From NCBI GenBank assembly GCA_900088475.1, contig FLMG01000335.1, forward strand, positions 124,001 through 188,000: DNA of 64,000 nt. The letters are read 5' to 3'. Below the pieces are notes generated by a model that did not search any database, was not told where the DNA came from, and saw only the letters and a program-made list of their open reading frames with translations. Shown here in pieces: positions 51,159-63,674 of the stretch. Every line of letters begins with the position of its first letter. The stretch's first letter is position 1. Position numbers and translations under genes: made by a program. The DNA comes from Hyphochytrium catenoides (lineage: Eukaryota > Protista > Hyphochytriomycota).

Positions 51159-51337
51159 TGTTCTTCGACCATCGCCTCTCTCATCCGATCCTGCTCGTCC
51201 AGAAGAAAAGGAAGTCAGAGCAAGAGACAAAAGTGTTGGAAGCAAAACCCCTCTCTTCCTAGAGAGGGCGTTACAAGCCCTAGAGCCGGTAACGCTCATC
51301 AATGCATTTGGCGCTGGTTGTTAGTCGCAAAAAGTTT

Positions 51338-51418
51338 CGTCAGCTGCAGGATTCGAACCTGCGCGGCAAATGCCAACTGATTTCGAATCAGTCCGATTAA
51401 CCACTCTCGCAAGCTGAC
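51338..51418 (-). tRNA. tRNA-Ser (anticodon CGA)
   Basis: GTCAGCT/AGCTGAC acceptor with G discriminator; D loop AGTGGTTAA; anticodon arm ACTGA-TTCGAAA-TCAGT; long variable arm GGC-ATTT-GCC; T arm GCAGG-TTCGAAT-CCTGC; downstream T5 terminator; TATATAAA ~30 nt upstream. Confidence 0.96.
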
Positions 51419-51521
51419 ACTGATGACAAATGGAAGGACATCTTTGGTTTATATACTCTAAACTCGTATAGCCGTTAGGCGGCGCGAGATCCGAGGTCGC
51501 CGCTCATCGCTCATCATCTCA

Positions 51522-52439
51522 TCATAAATCATAGATAACGATAGAGGACGAGTAGCCCGGTGCATGGAAGAACTTGAAATCTATGTTGAAAGTATAGGTG
51601 AGACCTGGAGCTTTAGCGTTGATGACGAAGGCATGTTGAGTGCATGGCAAGGTTTGCAGAGGCGCACAAACAAGAGAACCAGGGTCAAGGGTATATGCAC
51701 GTCCGCTAGTGGCTTGTATGGAAGGCTCGTATGTGCTTTGCCATGCGGTACAACTACTCCAAGAGGCTTGAACCAATGACAGAAAGTCCTGAAAGCTGCA
51801 TGTATAGGGGTTTGGGTTGATCCCCGGCTCTCCAGGGCCGTCAACAGAGATCATTCCAGACATGCAAAGTGCAAGAAATAATAAGAAGGAACTCTTCAAA
51901 GAGGATTACCGGGGCTAGATTGGACGACATCTTGAAGGACTGCTTTTGCAATGCTTGGAATATGGGGCATTTCACGCATACCGAATGCATCAGGGAACAA
52001 GAATAAAGCTCTTAGGCTGAGCGCTTGTCGGAGACAGATTTGTGGGACCTTGAGTTGAACTTTTGTCGGGAACTGTATAGAGAGTCCTTCTCTTTTCCTT
52101 CTTGACCACAGCTCTGGTGGACACTCGTCCTCCGCAATCTATGAGTCATTCTATAGGACCTTACCTCAATGGCTGTGACAGCCGAATCGTTGAAGCGTTG
52201 GTCTTCATCTTCGCCAGTAATGTGACCTCAGGCATAGAAGCTCCTCCAGCATCGTCATAGAGCTCCGCTTTTACACTTATGACTGCCGTCACCTGCACAT
52301 AAGACTCCATAATGAAGATAGTATCGCCCGATATGATAACACTTAGGCCAAGGCTCTCACGTTCATTGACCATAACGGCACGGCATGGGCTGGCTAAGCT
52401 GCTGATTTGACAGGCTTTCGCCGAGTTGATTATTGGCAC
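51522..52439 (-). CDS. Possible hypothetical gene (ORF 51522-51899 plus possible upstream exon 52164-52439)
   Basis: Open frames with plausible splice sites (ttgag|gtaagg) and a Cys-containing ORF. No homology recognised. Confidence 0.3.
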
Positions 52440-52947
52440 CTTGCAAAGGCAAGTGATCTCTAGTCAGCCCTCTATGTTCTCTGCTTGAAGCTTGGTGGGT
52501 GACGCGACGGCTGATGGGAATCGAAACTTAGCTGAGCATCGTGATGTTGTCCTGCTCCTCTGCCAATATTGAAAGGGTGGGCTGCTTATTTCCAAACTGG
52601 TGAAAAGCACGCTATATGCAGAAAGAATTTTTGCTCGCTCGTGCTTCTCGTCCTATCTGTCTAGCCTCGTAGCTCTGAGTCAGGAATTAAGAGCTTATCT
52701 TTGTAAGCTCTACAGCTCAAGCAGTCAACTCGTCCTTCTCCAGATACAGCCCAGCAAGACGTGGTGGAGCATTCGAGAGGAAAGCTGTTTATCATTTATA
52801 AAAGCATCTTCAAAAGTAAAAGAATAATTTATGGTTTCCAATAATATACATGCCTGCGAGAGAGAAGTTAAACCAGAAGGGACAGCAAGAGCTGACGAGG
52901 GCTTTCACTCTGGTAAGCATCAAGCAAGATACCAAGCAACATTGCCT

Positions 52948-55900
52948 CTAACGCCTCCTAGTCCTTTGAGCTCGATGGTAGACCTTCTGCCTAGGATTCA
53001 ATGTAATATATGCCGCTCTTTCGATCCTCAAACAGTCATGAAACTGCTCATGCTCGGTGAGGCGGCTCTGTTGCTTGTATGGTGAATAGGTGCAACTGCC
53101 TATTACCGATGCCTGGTAGAGAGTTAATCCACCATAGCAAGTGTCCACCTCCAACACAGGCCTCAGCTGGTCTATGACGGCATAGTTTAGGCTCTGGAAG
53201 TTTCTATGATCAACACCCTGGCCCTTGAAGGACTTGGCGTCATAATACCGGGAGAACTCACTCTTCACTTGTCCGTTGGAGCACATCACATCCCAGGGTA
53301 CGTACACTCTTGTTTTATCATGCAAGGCATACGGCCGGTTTGCCATCTCGCTAGCCCTATAGCCAAAGGACGACGCAATGCCGTCGATTTCCCAGCCTCC
53401 GGACATGTCACTGTCAAAAACGGCAAGTATGTCGTGCGAGAAAGTCCTGGCGTGAGAGAGGAGAACATTCCGAAGCGCTGCCATCCTCTGCACTCTATCC
53501 TCTTGGCTCTTGAATTGCTGTGGTTCCGATGCAAGGTTATGCTTCTGAAGCTCTTCATCAGGAACTAAATGGACTCTTCCGTTCCTTTTGCTCCACTCCT
53601 GAATAACGTCCCTTGTCCGGTCAGAAGAGCCTCTCTCCAAAAGAACAATAGCATAATCCTTGAACTTGCTGCCTGTGAGCTCCAGGAGAGTGATCATGTT
53701 GAGCAGGGAGAGATCAACGTTCCTTGCGAGGGCGCACAACACGACTCGCAGCTCCTTCATATCCCCATAGCCAGCATTTATATGACGCTCGATTTCGCTT
53801 TTCTCCCACATGCCATCCACCCGGAAGTCCGGTAGCTTTTTGGTCCGCTCCAGCCCAATTGACCTGAACTCTTCTACCTGGTCACCAGTATAGACAGACC
53901 GCTGCAAAGTTGATAAGGCCAGCAGCCCTTCCCGAGTATGTCTTAGAATCTCTGCCTCTATGTCGGAAACAGCAAATCTAAGATTGCTGAAAGGCTCCCA
54001 CTGTCCCTCGGCATAGTATTGATAGCAGGACTCCTGATTGACAACTTGGCCATAGCCGAGACGATCATACCTTTGAATGTATTGCCAGATAAACTTCCTG
54101 CCCTCCGGCTTGCTCAGCTTAGCGCCATTGCGATGTAGGAAGATGATATCTCCTTTCGAGTCGTGCTGGACAATTGTCAACCCACAGAAGCCTTCCCCTT
54201 TCTCTCTGATAAACCCCGCATTCCCTGGGCGACGCTTGATCATATGGAAAGGTTGCCCATATTTCATCCACGAAAGGCGGTACATGTCCTTGTCCCCCCA
54301 AATAAAGCTGTAGAGAAGCTCGTGGTGCGCCATCAGATGCTGGAGAACCCCTAGTGGGCCTTTGGATCTCCTTAAGTCAATCAAAAGCCTGTCCACTCTC
54401 CTGCTCATGCATATCTTGAAAGTCCATGTTGAGCATCTTCCATAGATAATTCGAAGAGCCAAGGTTGACGAAGATAGAATACTGCGGATGCCAGAAGTCT
54501 GGCCAGAAGACTGCTCCTGTCTCTCTGTAAGGCTGGAGATCAAAAAGGTACTCAGGATCCCTCACAGGGTAGTTGTCCGCATCCAGAAGAAGGACTTCCG
54601 AGAACGCGGTGTTCAATAGGGCAAATATTTTGACCAGAAAGCCTCTCGTCATCTTGTCATACTCCGACACTTTCTCGCCATGTTTCACTGGCATAGTGGC
54701 CGTACGCCAGGAAAGTGGGCCTTTGTAAGCAGACTTGAGAAGCTGTTGGATGTGATGCTGACTCTCTCCAAACTCCGTAGCATCAGACCAAACCTCTATT
54801 GGCAGCTGAGTGCCATAAGAGCTAAGAAGCCTAAAGAGGGCATAGGCGTTGATCCAGATGCCGGGATGAATGCAAGTGATGATCCCTTTGTTCCTTTTCT
54901 CCTCTACAGCCTTGAGGCCGCCTGCAGTTCGAGCAAAATAGTCCTGGTCCCAGAGTGGGAGTGGGTAGCCGTGGCTTTTCTTCAACTGTGCTACTTCTTT
55001 GTCTAGTTTGCGACTGAACCGCACCATCGCGGGTAGATTGGCGCACTTAAGACCCAGAAACCAGCCGCATTCATGCGGGGCAAGGCCGTACAGCTTTCCT
55101 GTCTTTGGATCTTCATACTCACAGAATCCGGAGTCAAACTGTCCTACTCGGGCATCACAGCTCCTATTCTCTAGGCGAACATTGCTGTAGGGGCTGCACT
55201 GAGTCGTAGGCCTGTATGTTATACAACGGAGACCTGGATGAGCTTCTAGCGTCTTTGCCATGGCCTTGAAGTCTAGAATAAACGTATGACTTTTACCGAA
55301 CCAATCCTGTGGGCTCTTACAGCTCAATGGGCGGTGATAATGTGTCTCTCGGAGGTCTATTCGATAGCGCTTCTTGCTGACCTTGTGAACATATTCACAC
55401 CAACCCGACAAAGGAGGAAGGAGAGTAGCGTCACAGCTGTGATCTAAGGCTGGTGTCCGTTTCTCTCCTCCTCCAGAGAGGGAGTCTACAGCCATGAACG
55501 ATAGACAATCCAGCTCGTCCCACAGCCGCTTGCCTTCCTTCTCTATCAAGGTGCGGCTGATAACCGTGGCAGGTGGGACAGGCGCTTCTGGGTTGTACAG
55601 TGCGATGCTGTCACAGCGAATAATAAAGCTGGAAGAGTTCTTTGGGACTAGCCGGTACATCTCCCCTGTTGCAGTGTTCCTATAGACGCAAAAGCCAGAG
55701 AGACTTGCATCAACAAGTGTGTCGCATGGCAGGTCTCGCGCAGGATCTCTCGACGAGGAAGGATGAGGCCCTTCCGTGGCATAAAAACGTTGGCACCTCA
55801 TGGCCGGGTTCACAGCCAGTTTATCTGCCTCCACAAAAGACTCCACAGTGAGATAGGAAGATGGGTCCAGAGTGTAAAGCAGAGAATCACACGAGAAGCG

Positions 55901-56806
55901 CTCTCGATGAGGGTCGCAGTCCCGGCCAGCAACGTGATAGAAGATACCTTGTTCTACGTCTTCAAACTCACAATAGCCGGCTGCGACAGGTTCAACTACC
56001 TCGTGGCACTCTTTGTAACGATCCATCTCTGGGAAGCTCCATGCATTGCAGTCCTTTGTCTGCTTCCAAGCCCTACATTTAACAGATCCCTTCTTCCAGA
56101 GCTTCTTGATGTCCTCTAGACTAGTTATGACCTTATAGTGATCCCGATAGACCATGTCTCGGATGCTGTCGCATCTAACCCGAATGTCGCCAAAGTCAGA
56201 GCTGTGTCCGCAGTCAAGAGGCATTACGCTGTAAAGGTCTCCATTCCTCTTGCTCCGAAACTCGCAAAAACCCGAGCTCTCTGGCCCCGTCACCGCGCTG
56301 CATGGCATATCGCCCTCTGGCTCCCTAATGTTTCTTGAGCTACAGCCGGCCGTCTGCCGCCATGCCAGGCATTCAAGGTCTGAGTCATCCATGAAAAGCT
56401 GTCTCATCGCTTCTTTGCCTTGTACTGGGGTTAGGCTGTCATTTCTGACCGCATGGTAGCCTGGGTGCTGAAGGATGGACGAAATACTTGGCAGCGTCCT
56501 TGTGATGCTCCAGTTGCAGTACCAAGTAAAGAGGATCAGCGCGGAGGCCAGTAAAAGGACCTCTTTCTTTGTCATCCGTCCAAGCTTCAGCCTAGCCAGA
56601 ACACCCGCCTTCAGAGAATGAACCGACCGCTTATTGGCCGAGAAATAGGGTGAGGATGGCGAAGGTACTTTAGGGCTTGTCATCGCGTGGCCTATAATCT
56701 TCCTTTCATCCTTGAACGTCACTATCTCATCAGTATCAGAGGCCCTACGATGTCGGGTGGAAGATCCCCTAGTAGGTGACTCTCGATGGCCACCTGATGA
56801 GGCCAT
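52948..56806 (-). CDS. Intronless type II membrane glycosyltransferase: TM + 5 Cys-rich repeats + GT71 (Mnn2-like) + CAP59/GT-A-like domain; one-base frameshift at ~54388
   Basis: TM VLLLASALILFTWY; LLLDADNYP, AVFWPDFW, EQESGQ/LLID, WGDKDMYRLSW, FLHRN (GT71); then ALARN, RMAALRN, FDSD, YYDA, VDTCYGG, EHEQFH, LNP. Removing one base joins the two ORFs into ~1285 aa. Confidence 0.8.
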
Positions 56807-57459
56807 CGGCAGTGCAGCGCCTTATCTTAGAGTCTGACCTCCTTTCTCATGCAGAGGAAAAGAGAAGAAGTGTCAGCCAAGTACCCTAAGAATTGGCGAT
56901 GAGAGGAGGGAGCCTTCTCTTTTCCCGCTTCCTCTCTTGGTATGTTGATTGTTTCTGCGGTACTCGTTGATGGGTATACTCAGCCCTTGCGGGCTGGATG
57001 ACTGCACAATAGCTGATGAGATAGAGGTGAAGAAGAAGGGTTGTTGGTCGTCGAGTGCAAAAGGAAAAGAAGAGTAAGACGTATGGCCAACACGATGGGC
57101 GATGAACGATGTAAAAGATTAAGAAAAGGACAGGGAAGGTCACTAGGAAGGGAGAAGCATGAGGCCGCGAGGAAAAGTGCGATGGCGCGGTCCTGGCACT
57201 GCGGAGAGGCTAGAAGAGTCGTTAGTAGGTTAGAATAAGAGCTGGATATCACAGTGTCTTAAGGAGGAGATCAAAAACGATTCTCTGCCCATGTAGCGTG
57301 CCGGCACGACGACACAGACAGCACGAAGATCAGTGATCAACGGCTCTTCTACATCCAACACACCGGCCAAGAGATAGCGAGGAGGGAAACAACAAGAGCA
57401 AAAAGGAGGGTTGACAGTGTGCGCCTAGGAAGCTGAAGGAAGCAGGTGAGAGTGAAAGG

Positions 57460-57675
57460 AGTGAGAGACAGAGAAGAGGGTAGTCAGGAGGAAGATGTGA
57501 GTATGAGAGCGAAGGGAGAGAGAGAGAGAGAGAGCCCAGAGGAAGAAGCGAGAGGAGAGCGAGAAAAGAGAGGAGAGAAAGAGTACGAGAAAAGGAGCCA
57601 GAGAAAGAGAGAGCGAGAGAGAGAGAGAGCAAGAGAGAGAGAGAGAGAGAGAGGGAGCAAGAGAGAGAGAGAGAG
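57460..57675. repeat. GA-rich microsatellite (CT on the sense strand of the glycosyltransferase 5' region)
   Basis: Directly visible. Confidence 0.9.
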
Positions 57676-60317
57676 TCATTGTCGTGCTTGGTAGGAGGAT
57701 GTCCATCACCTCCGCTTCACCACCGAACCCTCAGTCACTCTCCGAAAATAAGAGTCTGAGGTAGATACTCCAGTAATAAGGGTTTTTCGTGAGTGAGAGA
57801 TACTAAAAATAATGAATGGAGATACAGACAGAGCGAGTGTGGTGGGTAGATATTCCCTTGCACATGTAGCACAAAGGTATGGAGAGATGGAGAAGACAGA
57901 GTGGCTCGTTAGCTTCCTTGCTTATACCATAAATACCTTGCTGTAAGAAAGAGTTTAGTAGGAGGAGCGACTTCAATAATTAATCTAGGCAGTTCAGCAA
58001 ACAGAGCACGACGAGATATAGGCATAGGAACAAGCTGGATGACTGTAGTTCACATTGTTATAAAATAGGTATCAAGAATACTTTGCACACCAGTCCAAGC
58101 ACAGGCCATGCATACCCCCACAGTGTACTGCTGATACTGTGACAAATTCAGAACATTACAGCCGATCATTTGGAATGTCACCAGGTTGGCTGTCTTGGGT
58201 TATCGAAGCGTCACAGCTCAGACCCGAGGAGGAAGTGCACTGGCCCTTTATCAATCCAGTGACCAACGGTGAAAGATCTCCAGAGCTCCAAGACCATCAG
58301 CGGTCACACCCAGGTCATCATCATCATCATCAGAGGAGGACTGAGAGGCAGTAGTAGAGCTATAATGGTAGAGTGAATGAATACTGATCTGCCAGCACTT
58401 TCAGTCATCAATGCAGATCGTTTGATAGGGGCTTCCTCTTGCTTACAGAGCTGAAAGTCCTTTTAGGAACACGATATTCAGATCTCGTAAGCCTTAAGCC
58501 GGCTGCCCTAGAGGCCGCCGTCCTTCCGGTTGCAACCGATTAGCCTCACTATCACCTTGTGTTTAGGTACTACTGGAGACTTCTTTGGCAAAGCATCGCA
58601 GATATTTTGTGCAGTCAGGGCTGTAGTCCTGTCCAATTGCGTTCAGGGTCCAAACACAAGTAACTAGATCCTCTCGCACCATCGAGGTTCTTCATGTTCT
58701 CATCGCTTAAAAGCGATAACTTCCTTGGCACTGCTAACGTTGAATTAACAGCTTATTATCCCTTGACGTCCCCACTGAAAGTGCTTCAAGATAAATGATG
58801 ATGCAATGTCCCGTTCGAGCTTTGTAACCTGTGACTTGTTGTGAAAGGTCCTCAGGGTTTTAATGAGGAACAAGTAGACAGGTCGAACGATGAACGAGGC
58901 TAGAATGGTAGAGGCGATCACTGACTCTGATCAGTGCATGAGTCATCAGTGGATATCGTTGCAACCTAAGGGCGATGACTTCTCCGGCAATGGTAACCTT
59001 GAATTAAGATGCTGCTGCTGTTCCACATATTTGGTGCAAATGCCTGAGAGGAAGAGATGCTCGTCGTAAATTGAACCATGGATGGTAACCACAGGACACG
59101 AACAAGACTCTCTAACCAGTCTGGCAAGCGATTAGCCGAAGTGATGATCGACGCTGCTAATAAAGGACGGAGAATACCTTTTCTCAACCGTTACCGCGGC
59201 CTCTACTAGAGGCCAAAGGAGAATGTTTCGACTTCTCTTCTCAAATGAATGGTTCCTATGTCATCACTTCTCGTCTGACGCACTGCAAGTACCACGAAGG
59301 TGGACACAATAGCGATATGATGCGCGATAGTCGCCTTGGCATTTGGACAGCACCTCATTTCACACCTCATGTGCGTAGTAGTATATCTATTTCGATCGCC
59401 TTCTTTCATAGTGCTTTTCTGACGTCCGAGTACGGACACGCTTCCACTGGAAGGAGCCTGCTTATAGAAGGAGCCTGCTTATAGTTCTTGATGAATCAGG
59501 ACCAGTTGCTGAATGTGAAGTCCAAGCGCTGGAAGACGCAACAGAGAGAGCCTTATTGCAATGTAGGGCCTGGTAGTAGTGACTGAGGGCTGACGATGAC
59601 TATCTATGTCCACTATTCTTCAGTATGGAGGTGAAAGCTCATACCCCTTACCTTAGCACAGTTGTAGGCATAGGGTTGCTGTCGTTCACTTTGGCTGGCT
59701 TCAGCCTGCGAAGAAGGGCCTAGCTAAGAACTAAGAAGAGAGGGCTCAGCGGAAGGCCCTGAAAGTACTCGTAGATCTTTCATAGACAAAGAAAGATTGA
59801 CCTTAACGCTTTCTAGTTAATGTAGGCACTGCGAGAAAAGTATGCTCGATAAATGTGGATGACAACCACCGGAAGTGGAACGCTAAAAGGACAGCCCATC
59901 AAACCACCACTACTGCACGAGACTGAAGTGTCCAGGGTCTATTATTGTGTACTAAAAGCACTCACAGTCCTAACACATGCTCTGAAGCCAACAAGGCGGT
60001 CTTGAGGAGATCCGAGAGAAGAGGTTAAAGGCCTTAATTCGAGTAACCAAGCTCTCCCTCGGCTGTTAGCCTCCTTGAGGGCGAGCTGCTTGGCAGCCTT
60101 GCGGGGTGAAGGCTCAATAACCCATTCTATTTGACTACATCGTCTCAAGTTCAAGGGAAAATTAGCCTTCCCGAGCACAAAAGGCTGCGCCAGACAACAG
60201 TGCTTCGCTGTGCATTCAAAGACCAGTCATCTGTCTCCTTCCATTCCATTGTAGACTCATGGCTCACTGAGGCGCTGCCAGGTGTCTAACCGTCCATGCG
60301 CCATGCCTTTCCAGGCC

Positions 60318-60980
60318 CTTCTCTCTCTCTCTCTCTCTTCTCTTTCTCTCCCTTTCCGCTCCCTCTTCTCTTCTTACCACCCATCCTTGTCTCGTCTCCC
60401 TATTGCTCATCGCTCTCTGTCCTCTCTTTCTCTTTTCCTCTCTCTCTCTCTCTCTCTCTCGTATGCGACCACCACCATCTTCTCCCTCCCCTTGTTACTT
60501 TTTCCTCCCTTCTCTCTCCCTTCCACCTCTCTCTCTTTGTCTCCTCAGGTCAACTTCCTCTTCTTGGTCTGTCTTTCTTCCTCCTCCATTCTTTCCTGCT
60601 ACTGGTTGATGATGATGGCGCCGCTGCCCTTGGGCAAAAAAACAGAACACACTTTCACTTGTGATGGAGTGTACTCCCTATCGAAATTAGATCAAGATAG
60701 TACTAAGTAAATATGTTGAATCTTCATTTAGAGCCGAATCTAATAGCATTCGAACAAACGTGGGTGGGCATGTTGTCAGCTTTCTGGTCAAGTGAGGGGA
60801 GATAGCCTTTCATATAACCTTTCGAGACGGGCGGACAGATGGGTGGGCTGCCGTTCCGTCACGTTGGCATGAGGCGGACGTGAGGGTCAAGGTTGCAGCT
60901 GGATGTAGGGATGAAAAGACAAAGTAGGGGAGAGNNNNNNNGAGAGAGAGAGAGAGAGAGAGAGAAGAGAGAAAAGAGAT
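60318..60980. repeat. CT-rich tract (60318-60600) and GA tract with small gap (60925-60980) upstream of the P450
   Basis: Directly visible. Confidence 0.85.
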
Positions 60981-61223
60981 TGAGGTAGGGGCAGAAGAAG
61001 GGAGAGAGGTTGGAGAGGAGCTGACAAGTGTCGCCTCTCCTTCTCTCGATGGCTTGCTACACCACGGCTGTCATCGGTCAGAGAGAAAGTTCCCTAACCA
61101 AAAGAAGACGAGCCCTCCCCCGCAGAGAAAAGCACGGAAGAAGATTTCAAAGCGCGAAGGTCTCAGCCTTACGAAGAGAGGGGGGAAAAAGAAGAGAGTA
61201 AGGCACGCAAAGGGAGAGGCAAG

Positions 61224-63674
61224 ATGGGCTGGGAGCCAGTGCAGGATGGTACACTCTCCATCCTTCCAGCCGTCGAGACTGGAAGTCTCCTTGGCGACGT
61301 GTTGAAGCTTATCATCGTGCCTTCTATTCTGGGCGGAGTTCTGGCACTCATTCTACTCAGAGTCTACTCGCTGTTCGTTGTGCATAAGAGAGAGAACTAT
61401 CCGCCAACAACATCCGGTGAGGCCAACATCTCTCCTCGCATAGACATTCTCCCGCTCTTCTCAAATATATTTCTTGATCGTCGTCAACTTCCATGGCTTA
61501 TTGTTCGTTTTGATCTCTTTCCTATATGCCAGGCCTTCAGCTGATGGGTGTCATTGGACCGCTTCTGTTCTCGGGACACTCTGTCTTCGAGCTCCATAAA
61601 GTGAAAGGCTCTCTGCACCGCATCTATGGGGACATCTTCTGCCAATACATGGACCCAGGAGCCGTGCTGGCTAACTCATTCAAGGACGTGCCACACATCG
61701 AAGTTGCCTCTCCTGAGGTCGTAAAGGAGCTGCTGATGGACAAGAAGAATATTGCCCAGCAGAGGCTCCCGGAAGCAATGGCCAAGAAGCTCACGAGGTA
61801 AGAGTTTCTCCAAGTGAGAGATATGGATATGGACAGCAAGAGGAGCTCGGGAGATGAAAGATTGGCAAATGAAGGGCCCATAGTCTTCTGACTGATGCAT
61901 CTCTCTTTGCAGAGAGCTCGCAAACGGCATTCTGTTCCTACCTGACGGTGAAGAATGGTCAAGACATCGCCGTCTGCTCTCCCCTCTCTTCAGTGAGAAT
62001 TACCTGCGAAAGTATTGCGATGCTATTAGCTCCAAGGCCCATATACTCTGCCAGAAGTGGAAGGAGGAGCTAACCAGGAAGAGAGAGACTGGGGAAGACA
62101 TGGAGGAAGGAGAAGATTCTCCTTTGATTGACGTGTCGGTCAACCTCATCAAGATAACCCTGGATGTCATTGGCTATGTTGGCTTTGGAACCGAGTTTAA
62201 CGCAATCAGAGATGACGCTTCCGGCTATGAAGAGGCAGGAAGAATCCTGGCCCAGGCGCCTGTAAAGGGTGCAATTCTGCCCTTTGGTCTTATTCATCTG
62301 GACATCTTGGGCAATAGAAAGATCAAGAAGTCTCTGCAGCTGTACATGCGTGCCGTAGACTCCATGGTCCAGAAGTATGATGAGATGAGAAAGAAGGGGG
62401 AGCAGCCGGAGGTAAACTTCTTGTCCGCCCTTCTGAGTGCACAAGAGCACTGCAAAGGTGATGACGTACTCACGGGTGATGCACTCAAAGCCAGTATGAT
62501 AACGATGCTCCTGGCAGGTAAGGCTACATTCTGCTGCCATCTAGGTCTTCTAGGCTGCCTCAGCACCTGCCAGGCATCGCTTCGGCCTCCGTCTCTTACC
62601 ATATTTTCTTATTATCCTGCTGCCCGTGTTTGGCATTGACTTCTGTTCCGTAGGCCACGAGACAACTGCTAACACCCTCAGCTGGGCGCTATACCTGCTA
62701 TCGACCCACCCAGAAGCGCAAAAGAAGGTTCAGGAGGAGGTGGATAAGGTATGAAAGCACACCCGTACTCGCCTTCAATTTTCCTCTCACCTCTTCCTGT
62801 CATGGCCCACTAACCATGGGATCCCTCCCTCTCTTCTCAAAGGTAATGCCTCAGACGGAGTCCATTATCGACTATGCTGCCATCTCGGGGCTCCTGTACA
62901 CCAAGGCAGTCTTTTATGAAGCTCTCCGCATGTACCCTACTGTCCCTTTCTTCCCTCGGCTGGTAAGTAAATTTTCCTTGTGGTCCTGCCGATTTCTCGC
63001 TCCAGTCCCATCCCTGATTACCGGTTAACTTCTAAGACCTTAGTCCGACGTATGGTTCTTCACTATGCCCTGGCTAAGAAACAAGCACACGGACTGAAGC
63101 CAGTCCTTCTTCTTACGTCTAAGCATATCCTCTCTTCATTGTCTGGGTCGCCATCGTTTCTCTCTCTGTTCGTTCTAGATAAGAACTTCAGGTCCTCTGA
63201 CTGTCCTACTCTACATGCTTTTTCTCTACTCTTCCCACTCGTTCCGCTACTTCTACATTAAGATCAAGCCTGTTGCTGCCCCTGTAGGTGAGGCGCGATT
63301 GCACCTTCGGAGGTTACCACTTTCCAGAGGGGTCCCCTGTGTGGGTGAACACCTCAGTAATGACTAAAGATCAAAGGAACTGGGTGAGGCCGGACAACTT
63401 TGAGCCAGAGCGCTTCATCCACGTTGATGCCGACGGCGTGACAACTATTAAGTCTCTGGAGACGGCTGGCGCTCCATTCTCCTTTCTGCCATTCGGCGCC
63501 GGGCCGCGGTCCTGTATTGGCAAGCGCTTTGCCGTGTTGGAGGGTGTTGGACTACTCGCGGTCATATTAAGAAACTTTCAGCTTAGGATGGGTCCTGAGG
63601 AGCCTAAGTCCGCCGCTGCTATCACCTTGTACGCTCGCAATGGCGTCAAACTCCACTTGGATGTTAGGGATTGA
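61224..63674 (+). CDS. Cytochrome P450 (about 6 exons, microsomal type)
   Basis: N-terminal TM helix; C-helix WSRHRR; I-helix MLLA|GHETTANT; K-helix EALR; PERF; heme motif [11 protein letters not shown]. Confidence 0.95.

Noticed and set aside
25812-63674. Heme-related gene cluster (ALAS + P450)
   Set aside because: The genes are about 34 kb apart and separated by unrelated housekeeping genes; there is no evidence of functional clustering.
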